From assembly GCF_000143415.4 (NCBI RefSeq), contig NW_003314273.1, positions 1,312,074 through 1,376,073 on the forward strand: DNA of 64,000 nt, in the 5' to 3' direction. Below, piece by piece: positions 1 through 11,300 of this stretch (the stretch's first letter is position 1; each line of letters opens with the position of its first letter). The translations under genes and the position numbers were made by a program. Under the pieces are notes generated by a model, which did no database searches, was not told where the DNA came from, and saw nothing but the letters and a program-made list of their open reading frames with translations. The stretch comes from Selaginella moellendorffii (Eukaryota; Plantae; Lycopodiophyta).

Positions 1-447
1 ACGTGACAAATACGAGCACGCCTCGTCCGACTGCATGCCTCTATTGAACACGATTAAAGGCTTTGTGGAGGGGATTGAGTCACTAATGGGTACAACAAAC
101 GCCAAGGAGGTGGCCTCGTAGATCATGGACATGATAACAAATGCCATCAAAAACATGGGCTCGTCATCTTCCGAAATGGTCCAGAAGACTCTGTATAGCG
201 TATATCGAATCAACGGAGACGTCATCGGTAAGCCGTATCTGGTGGCTAACATTTCTGGAGCAGTGTTAACATGGAGAAGCACACCGGTAGCAAGACTACC
301 GTGGAGAAACAGAAGATCGAGCTGATTGGATATAGCTACATGATCTTGAGTGACATAGTCGTGGCGAATGCGGATGCATTAGGTGCAGCTGCACCGGTAT
401 CTGTTAAACAGTTGGTGGACTCTGTCAATGAAAACGTTCCTTCTTGA
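1..447 (+). pseudogene. 3' part of a disrupted paralog of the 709-1580 gene (putative Evf/Cyt-like toxin family)
   Basis: Frame 2 reads RDKYEHASSDCMPLL...EVAS*IMDMITNAIKNMGSSSSEMVQKTLYSVYRINGDVIGKPYLVANI. After a 1-nt deletion near 253 it continues WSSVNMEKHTGSKTT...YSYMILSDIVVANADALGAAAPVSVKQLVDSVNENVPS*. It is colinear with the 709-1580 product. There is an internal TAG at 119-121 and a frameshift. The 5' part lies outside the window. Confidence 0.8.
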
Positions 448-708
448 TGAGGGCCTGTATTTGATCATTCTAATATAAATTACAGAATCTAGAAACTGTT
501 GAAGTTGCTTCTTGTTGGGTCTTCAGGACGTTGACAATTATTCATTAATTCATTCAGTAATAGGCTTCTTTCATTTCAAAACAAATCGTGACCTATCAAC
601 AAGAGGAATCCATAAAACTGTAAAAATCTGATTTATCTTATGTGTGTATTAAATAGCCAGAGAGAAGAGTTCTTGAGCACCGACTCTCTAAGAGCCTTGT
701 TCTTGTCA

Positions 709-1580
709 ATGGCCCCTCTCCTCCTCTTGTTGACTCCAGATCAAGCTCAACGTAACAGGGAATTGTTCCGGTGTGTTCCTGCTGCTGATCCATTACCTGG
801 TTACCCATCAATCCCACCTGCAAATCCTCCGTTTTCCATCGCACCAGATTTCAATCCCGCTGACACTAAGGCCACACTTGCGGTTGCAAATGGCACCACC
901 AGGTCGAGATATCCCCCTCCACCAAACAGCACCATTTTTTCCGACCCCCAGTACCACGAGCATGTTCTAGCCACGTTCATCAGCACAGCCATGGTGGCTG
1001 CCGGATACACCCCCAACTCACCTACCAACTCCCCTGAACAAGAAACAAATGGCTTCTTCAGTTTCATCTTCGAGCTTATGAATTACGGATACTATTTGTC
1101 CCTTGAGCTGTTCAGTGACAACTACCAGCACAACTCCTCCGATTGCCAGCCTCTCCTGGACAGAGTTTCTAGTTTCATTCGATCGGTTGAGTCGTCAACA
1201 GGTGCAAAAGATGCATCCAAGGTCACTGCCGAAATTACAGAAATGATTTGATCGGCAGCCCAGACCATGGGCTCCTCCTCATCTAATTCACAAAAGGTGC
1301 AGAAGACTCTCTACACTGTGTTTCGAATCAATGGAGATGTTGTGGGTAAGCCATATCCTGTTGCTAACATTTTCTGGAGCAGCATTGTTATGGAGAAGAA
1401 GGCTGTCAGCAGCGGCAAGTCGACTTCCGTGAACCAGAAGCAGTCCATCCAACTGCTATGCTACAGCTATATGATACTGAGTCCGCGGGTTCAGGCTAAT
1501 GCGGACAGGCTAATGCGGATGCATTAGCGGGTGCTTTCCCCGTACAAGTTCAGGATTTTGTTGATAGTGTGAATCCTTGA
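709..1580 (+). pseudogene. Intronless ~285-aa gene, disrupted; resembles Erwinia virulence factor Evf / Cyt-fold toxins
   Basis: ORFs 640-1251 and 1267-1527 are in one frame separated by TGA 1249-1251. A 14-bp tandem duplication (caggctaatgcgga, 1492-1505/1506-1519) shifts the C-terminus, which otherwise reads ADALAGAFPVQVQDFVDSVNP* and matches the paralog at 1-447. The family assignment is from recalled resemblance only (N-terminal VPAADP..GYP.IPP). Confidence 0.6.
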
Positions 1581-2129
1581 GGCTGTACAGAATAATAATG
1601 TCCTTCAATCATTCATGTGTTCTTTGGCCATTTCCAGATGAGTGGAGGGACAGCCCCAGCATTGTTGTTCAGCCAGTCCGTGTTGGGAGTAAGTCACCAC
1701 CCTTTGAAGGACATCAGACCCTTGACTTGGATGTTTGCTTGAACCATGTTTTCCTTTGTGAGCAATTGCTGTGATCAGGCTTGTCCAGAGCAGGAAATGT
1801 CTTTTAGAAAGGTTAAAAAATCGAATTTTAGCTTCATTGGTCCTTCCACCATTGTCGTCACACTCTCTCATAGGCATTTGTCAAAAAGAGTTGTTCAGCC
1901 TTTGCAATTATCTCTGACAGCTGCTGAAAAAAGACTTTGGGGGTAATGGAACCTGTAATAAAAAACGCAGAGGCCCTGAATATTCGTAAAAAGTACTTTT
2001 GTTATTAGACCTTAATTAAGCTAACTATGTATAGGGTTTTTTGTTGCCCTAATCCTTTGTTCGGCTTGTCTAATTTGTCAGATTCCATAAGTTTGATCCT
2101 TGGCTTTTGGCATTCTCTGTGTGGAATGG

Positions 2130-3870
2130 TGTTATGATCCAGCACAAAAAGACAGAGATCTAGTCGCTCTAGAGTATGCTATGCCACCTCTTGAGGTTCC
2201 TCACCACCCAACCACCCCCAAGCTACCTCAAAAGCTCCACTGTAAGCCCTAGGCTAGGTTAAGTGCCTTACCCTAACATGCTTTAATATACCCTTGAGCC
2301 TCCCTTTGACCGACATTGACCACGTGGTCAAAGCTGGCACCTAACAATTCTTCCTCCTCAACAAAGTCCTTGTCCCAAGGACGAGTTATACCGGTGATCA
2401 CCCTTTCCGGGGAATCCTGCTCAAGCTCCTGGTCCATCTTCCATAGCCGTATACATCAAGGAGGCATTGGGCCTGTCACTCCGAGATAGTACACCTTTCA
2501 ACTGGCTGACATAAAATACTGGATGAATTTTCACCCCAGCTGGCAGCCGCACCCGATAAGCCGCTTTACCAATGCGCTCCAGCACTTCATATGGACCAAC
2601 ATATCGATGGGAAAGTTTATCACTCTTCCCTGTCCGTAAAGGCACCAAGGTGTTCCGCTGCTCACTTGACGGAAAGATCACTCGCACAAAGACGAGATCA
2701 CCCACCTTATATTCCCGAAATTGGCGATGCTCATTGGCAAACTCCTCCGTTCTATCCTGAGCTGCTTGCAAATTCCGTTTACACACCACCAAAATCTCAT
2801 CAAGTTCTGTGGCCAGATCAGTTGCCTCGGAATCAAGCTTATCTTGAACGTCCTTACTCAAATGCAATCCCAACTCCACTGCTGTTCGAGGATGCCTTCC
2901 AAACATGGCAAAGTAAGGACTTAGTTTGGTTCCACTGTGTTGGCTATTGTTGTAAGCAAATTGCACCAACGGAAGATATAAGTCCCACTGTCCTTGCCTT
3001 TGACCAATGCTACAACGTAGCATATCCTCCACCACCTGATTCACACGCTTGGTTTGCCCATCCGTCTGAGGATGATCTCCACTCGAGAGTTTCAAAGTCA
3101 CTTGCATAGCCTTTGCAAAGCTTTTCCAAAATCCACTAGTGAACTTTGAATCTCAATCACTAATGATGTTCTCTGGTAAACCAAAATTAGGAAAAACCTT
3201 CTCCAAGTAAACTGCAGCCAAGTCTGAGGTAGTGAGTCTTCTGAAGCACATATTTCGTCAACCGATCCACTATGACCCATACTTGCTCCTTTTGCCTCTG
3301 TGTTTGTGGCAAACAAGTGATGAAGTCCATAGAGATACTACACTAACAGCTTTGAGGAATAGGTAAAGGTTGCAAAAGTCCCCCCGGCTTCTCCCATGGC
3401 ACCTTAACCCACTGACAAAGCTTGCATGATTTACAATACTTGAGGATATCAACTTTCATATTCCTCCAATAAAAGTTGCATTTAATCAACTCATATGTCT
3501 TCTTCCCCCCAAAATGATCGGCCTCTAGACGATCATGATAGTGGAATAAAACTTGAGTAATTAACGCATCCACCCGTGGCAAATATACATGGCCATTGTA
3601 GTAGAGAATCCCATTCATCAATGAGAAAAGGGCTTTCATCTGGTCTCACAAAGAGGCCACCTCAGCATTCTAAGCCTAAGCATGCTCAACCAACTGCCCA
3701 AACTCGCTGACTACCTTAGTCGGTTGATGATGGAGGTATTTGGGCGTTATCTTCATGAGTTTGTGGAGATTTTCCTGGATGATATTCTTGTTTTTACCCT
3801 AACATGCCTTAATATACTTGAGCGTCCTTTTGACCGACGTTGACCATGTGGTCAAAGCTGGTGCCTAACA
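2130..3870 (-). mobile_element. Internally deleted Ty3/Gypsy element, family 1 (short ~215-bp LTRs)
   Basis: 3' LTR 2130-2346 (TGTT...AACA) with a purine tract adjacent at 2347-2362. Integrase remnants at 2421-3639 (H2C2 zinc finger, [14 protein letters not shown]). Partial 5' LTR ~3794-3870. TSD AATGG at 2125-2129 and 3871-3875. Confidence 0.9.
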
Positions 3871-4064
3871 AATGGGGCCTATTATCCCTGCCACACCGGG
3901 CTCTGACTTGCGTCTTGGGTCGGTTCCACGGGCAAATCCTAATAGTCAGCCACATATTTGTGAGATGTTTCTTTTGAAGTGATTTGTGTAAGGTTACAGA
4001 TCTATAAAGGTGACTTAAGTTTGGCTGATGAGGTCTCTCAGGTGCTCATCGATCAGAAAGGCCT

Positions 4065-4600
4065 TTACATTCTTGATGATTATTCTTTTTTTGAATCCTC
4101 CACTTGCGAACTTGATCATGGAGTCATTCTATCATTTTTTTGGGGTTTGTTTTGGCTTCCTGCTCCAACAGCTGAACCGTCAATTGTTGCCACATGAGCT
4201 TGCTTTCCACCTCAGGATCACGAACACTGGCTGATTAATTGGGGGCCATCTTAGGTCAGAAACATTCCGTGCTGTAAATATGAAATGAATGTTAATCAGC
4301 AATTGGGATAAACCTGACAAGTTCATGTTATTTCTTGATAAAGTTAAATTATTCAAAAGTAGCCTTCAAATTTAAATATTTAACCGAAACTATTATATTA
4401 AGAAAAACTAGAGAATTTGCTATTGGACCATAAAAAGAAAAGAACATTCTTGATGAATTCCTCCACTTGCGAACTTGATCACGGAGTCATCCTATCGTTC
4501 TTCAACGATCCTGCTCCAACAGCAGCTAATGACTTTTTGTGCCTTGAACTGTCAATTGTTACCACATGAACTTGCTTTCCGGCTCAGGATCACGAACCTG
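4065..4600. repeat. Diverged local duplication (~4065-4230 vs ~4445-4600)
   Basis: Shared blocks cctccacttgcgaacttgatca.ggagtcat, tcctgctccaacagc and ttgctttcc..ctcaggatcacgaac. Confidence 0.7.
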
Positions 4601-5349
4601 ATGAACCATTACACATTTTGTTTGTTTACAGACACATTCCCCTAATATCAAGCATTGTGCTGTACATAAGTGTATTCCCTACATGAAGTGCATGTTAATC
4701 CACTCGACAACCATTTCACGGGCACTACAGGGATGGCTGTGAGAGAAAAACGGAAGCGCTCTGCACTCTTGTAAATTGAACGAATTGTGAAATGAAACAG
4801 GGGATCCTAACCCTAAATGAACCCTACCCAACGTGTCTGATGTCGCCACGTGGCATGCATCGGTTGGGCCACGTGGCTGAGCTAACGTTGAACGCAGCTG
4901 CGGCTCGATCTTGCAGTGCTTGCAGTCCATAGCGTGAAGCTTGGAATCAGTGACAGAATTCAGCTTTAGATCTGTTGTCATATCTCCCACGTACTGTGCT
5001 GGGTTCAGGTGATATGTGCTGAATTGGGCTGAAAGATGAATTTCAATGTTACTTTCAGATTGTGCTTTCGCCACAAAGTACCACAATTTTTGGCAAATTT
5101 TCAGAGAGTACCTTAAAGAGGTTGTCTTTCGGTAAGGTACTGTTACTTTTTTTTTTTTTTTGTCATGAAAATGTGAGCCCTAGATTTCAACTGCTGGTTT
5201 GCTTCAAAGACTGTGCCAGCCCCATCCGTGCGTTCTTGGGCCCATGCTCAAATTGCCGGAAGACAACATTACGTTTTTCCAAATAAAACTTTGATTTTCA
5301 CTAGGGTTAAGTTGAAAGCAACATTGGTTTCGTTGACAAAGCAACATGT

Positions 5350-8300
5350 TCCCCAAAACCTTGGTCATTCTACTATCACTTAACGTTTGTCTCTCCCAGA
5401 TCCCACACTTTGAACTCGCATGATTTTCATGATGCTATCCCAGTTCTGGGGCCACTTTTCTGCGTGATCAGTGTACAAAACTTTCCCATTGTTTTTCAGC
5501 CAAGTCGTCGTCCCCATGTACAGCTCTAATGACTGCAAACTATTTGCCCCCGACCTCCCCTGTCAACTCCATTTGCACAACATTGTCCACAACTGGAAAA
5601 ACTGAGACCGGAGCAGCAGCAACAGTGTATCCTTGTCTAGAAGACACAAGGGATACTTTAACGTCCACGTCTCCAGAGCCACGTTCTGCCCATGTTTCAG
5701 ACCATCACGAACAGGAACAACACAAACTTCACGTCTCAGAGAGGCAGCTGGTTATATGCTATGCTCTTCAAATGTTTCCATAGCAGAGTCGAGGATCAGA
5801 GAACCTGTGTCTTCATCAACCACTGGTTTACCAAACATCAAGAAATGAGCTTTGTAATAGAAAGCTGCAAAGTAGACCTTCACCCCCAAACGAAGTCTTC
5901 CCAGCAAATGCATCATAAAAACATCCCACCCAGTCCACTTCCCTCTCTGGATTGTCGACTACAATGTTATCGCCCTTCCTGTATATCACACCATCCACCA
6001 GCAACTGCGGATACTCTGTTACTTCCTGGCCACTTTGCAGGGCTATGCCATGCACTTGTTTTCCCAGTCCGTCAATCGTCTCTGAACACCTCTTCCAATA
6101 AGAATCCCGTTCAAAGCAAGCAATGTCCAGTACATTCGCCACTGCTCGTTCACAATTTCCGTACTGCTTCCTGTGTGGTCACAGCAAAGTAACCTGGTGA
6201 GCAAAACAAATTACTGGTGATTACAAACATGCAATGCAGCAGTAGTTACCTCTACCTCCATTATAGCCTGCAGCTTCCGTTAGCAGATCTTCCATCCGGC
6301 TCCTTGCTGAAACTCCATCCTTCTCCAGATATCTCAACCGCATCAACTTCAGAAAAGTAACACGATTGATCATACGTGAAAATGTGACCTCCATCTCTTT
6401 GCTGTTGGTGTGGAACTTGTTTAGAAACGAAGACATGCGCTCGAATCGGTAGCACCAGAGCACATAGTGGTGGCCGAAACGGTATATGTTGTCCAAGTCA
6501 TATGTGCTCCAGGACACTCTAAGATGGGCCAAAAATTTCAGCACTCCGGATGTACCAGATGACAGATTCTGCTTCATGAGCCCGAGAGTTGTCACTGTCC
6601 AACCTTTGCACTCACTGAAATCGTAAAAAACTCTCGTGATATCTCGTCTGCAACTTCTCTGGAAGAAGGTGTAGATGTGTATTTTTTGTGTGCGGAATGC
6701 TCTGTCGACTTCATTGCTTTGATATGGTTATGTACATAATGGTATGGGTGTGACACTTGGCGGTTGGTGTCTTGGATGAATGACTTGTCTTCTTTGCTGA
6801 CGTGGAAACTTTTCCTCACTTGTCTCCACACTCCTCCTCAAGGCTCGCACCATCAGTCAAGTGGAGTGATTTGAGGAAGAGTTCATGCTTCACTCGAGGG
6901 AAGGACTTTGTCAGGATATCAGCAACCATTGAGCTGGTTGGACAGAATTCCAGGTTGATTGTTCCATTGTTGACTTGATCCGGATGAAATGGAACCTCAA
7001 CTCAATGTGCTTGGTGCGTGAGTGAAATCTCACATCCTGAGTCAACGCTATTGCCGACATATTGTCGCAGTAGAGTTTGACTGCTGGAATTTGAATGCCG
7101 AGGTCCTACAGATGGCCTCTTTTGCTGCTGCTGCAGCTGCAATGTATTCAGATTTGCATGAGGACATTGCAGTGATCTGTTGCCTCCTGGAACACCAACT
7201 AACCATGTTATGGTTATAGATGAAGACATACCTCGAGGTGGATCTTTTGTCATCTGGATCTCCTGCCCAGTCTGCATCTGTGAATCCCACCAGGCCATTA
7301 TCTCCATCTCCTCTTGCACATTTCAGTGTGAATTTCCTTGTGCCACTCACATACCTCACGATCCACTTCACAGCGGCCCAATGTGAGGGTGATGGATTGT
7401 CAAGGAACTTTGAGACTGCTCCCACACTGAATGCGAGGTCAGGCCTGACCATCAAGTAGATGAGGCTCCCGACCACTGAACGGTACAGTGTTCGAACCAC
7501 AAGGTCTCCTCCTTGGGAGTGTCATCAGAGGTTGATGTCAAACTAAAAGCCTTGGACAACTTTGAGCCTACTTCCATAGGAGTAACCACCGGATTAGCAT
7601 TAAGCAAAGAGTACCTCTAGAGAATGTCATGGATGTATTTCTCCTGGGAGAGCTCAAGTACTTCATGTTGCCTATCCCGGCAGACTTGAATTCCTAGACA
7701 ATAGTGCAAGTTTCCAAGATCGGTCATCTCGAATTTAGCAGCAAGAGAGGCCTTGATGCAGTGGATGAGTCGCATCTGGTTGGAGGCTAATATTGTATTG
7801 TCCACATATAAGGCTAAAAATAAAATCCCTGGCCATCTCGATATATGTAGAGATTATTATCAGCTGTGCTACGAGTAAAGCCCAGTGAGGTCACAAAGCT
7901 GTTAATTTTAGTGTACCATGACCTGGGGCTTTCTTTCAGCCCATAGAGAGCCTTGTGCAAGCGGCAGATGAGATGCTCCTGTCTGGGACGTATAAACCCA
8001 GGAGGCTGGGCAACGTACACCTCCTCCTCAAGATCACTGTTCAGGAAAGCAGTTCTCACATCAAGTTGATGGAGCTCCAGGTCAAGCTCAGCTGAAAGGC
8101 CCATCAAAACATGAATTGCTGTCAGCTTTACAACAGGGCTATAAGTTTCAGAGTAATCAACTCCCTGGATCTGAGAGAAACCACGAGCTACAAAATGTGC
8201 CTTGCAGTGCTCGATGCTGCCATCAGCTCAATATTTCTTCTTGAACAGCCACTTGGCTGTGACTGCCTTCCTGCCGGGAGTGAGGGGAACCAATGTCCAG

Positions 8301-11300
8301 GTTCCACTCTTGATCAGTGAGTCATACTCGTCCTGCATGGCTGCTTGCCACTGTGAGGCATCAAGACTGGAGAGAGCAGCCTGGTAGCCACGAGGTTCAG
8401 CAATGGAGCTCATGGCCCGTAGAATCCCTTCTTGTGTGGAGCTTGAGCAAGAGATTCTAGAGCTTTGACCATTGGCTTGCTCACTTGTCCTGAATGGGTA
8501 ACAGCTCCAATCTCTTGATGAGGTGGTGGTGTAATGAGAGACTCTGGAGGAGGTGAGCAGGAAGATCCTCCAACTGTTTCTTCACCAACAAACAGCTTGT
8601 CCACAGTAGCAGCAAGATTCTGCTCAATGGATGTAGTGTTGCTGCTAGTAGCCACCGAAGTGACCAGAGGTACTGGTAGCAGCAGAGTTGCTGGAGAAGG
8701 CTCATCACCAAGTGGAGGAGGTGTTCCTCCTTCTGGAATGAGCAGCCTTTGGACTGCTGGTGCTTGTGGGTGGGTGAGCTCGTCATCCAGCACGTGGATC
8801 AAGTCTACCAGGTTAGAACTTGAAGGAATAGTACCCTGAATGTGGCAATAAAGCTCTTGCTCATTGAAAGAGACATCTCGGCTGACCACAAGCTTCTTGA
8901 GAGCAAGATTATAGAGGCAGTAGGCCTTGGAATGAGCATGATAGCCCACAAAGATGGTCTTCTGGCTCCTAGGATCCAGCTTCTGCCGAGTCGCATCTGG
9001 AATGTAAACATATGCTGTGCAGCCAAAGACCTCAAGTGCCCTAACTGAGGATGCTTCCCAGTCCAAGCCACACTAGTGCTCCTTGTGGGAAGGCGGTTAC
9101 GGATGTAAACAGCCGTATTAATGGCTTCACCCCAAAAAGAGTTGGGTATGCCTGCGTGCTGCAAAAGGCAACAAACAGTCTCTAGCAGAGTGTGATTGAG
9201 GTGCTCTGCCACGCTGTTCTGTTGGGGAGTATGGGTTGTTGTGTACTGGTGAATGATGCCAGCCTCAGCTAGAAAGTTGAGAAACTCTCTGTTCAGGTAC
9301 TCTCCACCACCATCTGTGCATAACACACAAATCTTTCAGCCAGTAGATGTCTTTGCCCAGCTCTTAAAAAGCTTAAAGTGGTTGAACACTTTGCTCTTGG
9401 TGTGGAGAAGGCTCACCACAGCGTATCTGGAATGGTCATTGATAAAAGACACAAAGTACCTCTTGCGGCTGAGTGTTTGCACTGGCAAGTAGCACACGTC
9501 ACTGTGAACCAGATCCAGTAAGCCTATAGCTTGGTCCTCCATGGTTCTTGATGGAAAAGGAAGGCAAACTTGCTTCCTAAGATGGCAAGTTTCACACATG
9601 CCTAGATAGCCAGCTGGGAGTGTGATGCCTTTAGCATGCTGGTTACAAGCTAAGGCGTGCAGATCTCGTTCATTGACATGCCCTGGACGAGCATCCCAGA
9701 GCTCAATGGTGTCTTGTGCTCAGAAAGCAAGCACTCGAGCTGGAAAAATCAGTTCTACATTTAAATGGTAAAGTGTTTCATACCTCACGCCACTGGCTAC
9801 AGGAGTACCATCACGACCATAGATGGTGCACCCTTTTGGGAAGAAGGTGGTAGTAAAGCCTTGATCTAAGGCTGCACTTATAGAAAGAACTGTCTGCCCT
9901 GCTTTAGGTACAAAGTGCACGTGATGAACCTACTTAAGAGGTTCATTGGGTAGCTTGATCACCACCATGCCACGACCTTCCACCTGGAGTGGCCACTTGT
10001 GGCTGACATAAATCTGTTGTGGAGCTTGAAGAGCCTTGTAAGTGTGAAATACAGACCTTAAGGGAGTCATGTGAAAAGAGGCACCACTATCCAGCCATAG
10101 AACCTCAAAAGTAGACACCAGTGATGGGTAAAGAGCCATCATCAACGAGTTGCTCTGGGTAAGCATGCACTGGGTGGCAGCCTTCTTTGCACGACACTCA
10201 CGCTTGACATGCCCCATCTTTCCACAATAGTTGCAAGGACCCTTTTTCTTCTTGGAGAAGTTAAATCCAGAGCTGGGAGTTGTAGCAGAAGAGATACGAG
10301 GCCCACGGCTAGTGCCTCCTTTCCTCTGCTCCCCACTCGGTTGTTTCTTACCAAGAAACAAGGCCTGCTCGCAAGCAGCTTGAGGCGATCCTTGATGGCC
10401 AGCTTGACGCTCAGCAATCTTGTGCTCTTCCTTAAGAAGATCAGAGTAGAGCTCCTCCATGGTTTTGCCTGGGACAAAAGAGAGCATGGAGGACGATTGT
10501 TGCAACTCTGGAGATACAGAGTAGAGCAAGAAGGCTTTTGCATAGTCATCAGAAACTGCAGCACTTACTTCCTTCAGCTGCTGCATTAAGCCCTTCCTGT
10601 TGCCATTGTCTCACCAGGCTGCATGCGTAGGGAGAAAGTTTTCTGGGTCAAAACCAATTTAGTATTAGCGGCTTTGGCTGCAAAGATTTGGGAAAGTGAG
10701 TCCCAATTGGCCTTGGCAGATTTTTCTAAATCAAGGAGATGAATAAATTCATCTTCAAGACCCAGTCCAATCACAGAAAGTGCTTTTTGATTCTTGGAGT
10801 CCCAAGTAGCCTGCAAGGCTGCTTCTATATCTTGAGGTCTCACTTGGGTTCCCTCCACCAAATCCCAACAATCTTTTGCCATTAAGATTAATTGGACTTT
10901 GGTCTTCCAAGTTGTGAAGTTCTTGCCTATGAACTTCTGGAAGCATAAACTTCACAACCAATAAAGAGTAGCTTTTCTCATCCTGCATCCCAGTTGCCAG
11001 CCGGGATGGCCATGGTGCTCGCTAGGGTGGTTCTAGATGTAGTGCGAGGTGGAGTACTGGTAGCCATTAGTTTCTAGAAGGAAGGACAAAACAGTGGAAG
11101 CTAGAAGCGAGGATGGGGAGGAGGCAGTGGGAATTGCTAGAAGGGACGCCCACACACCGTGCACACAGAGTGACAATTAGGGCAGAGGCACGGATGGACA
11201 TCACATTGCACTCGCTTGCGTTCTTGAATCCGTCGTTCCACCCTAGCAAGGACTGTGAGAGCCTTAGCGTGGTCCTGCTCGTCGCGTTGCTGTGTTTGCT

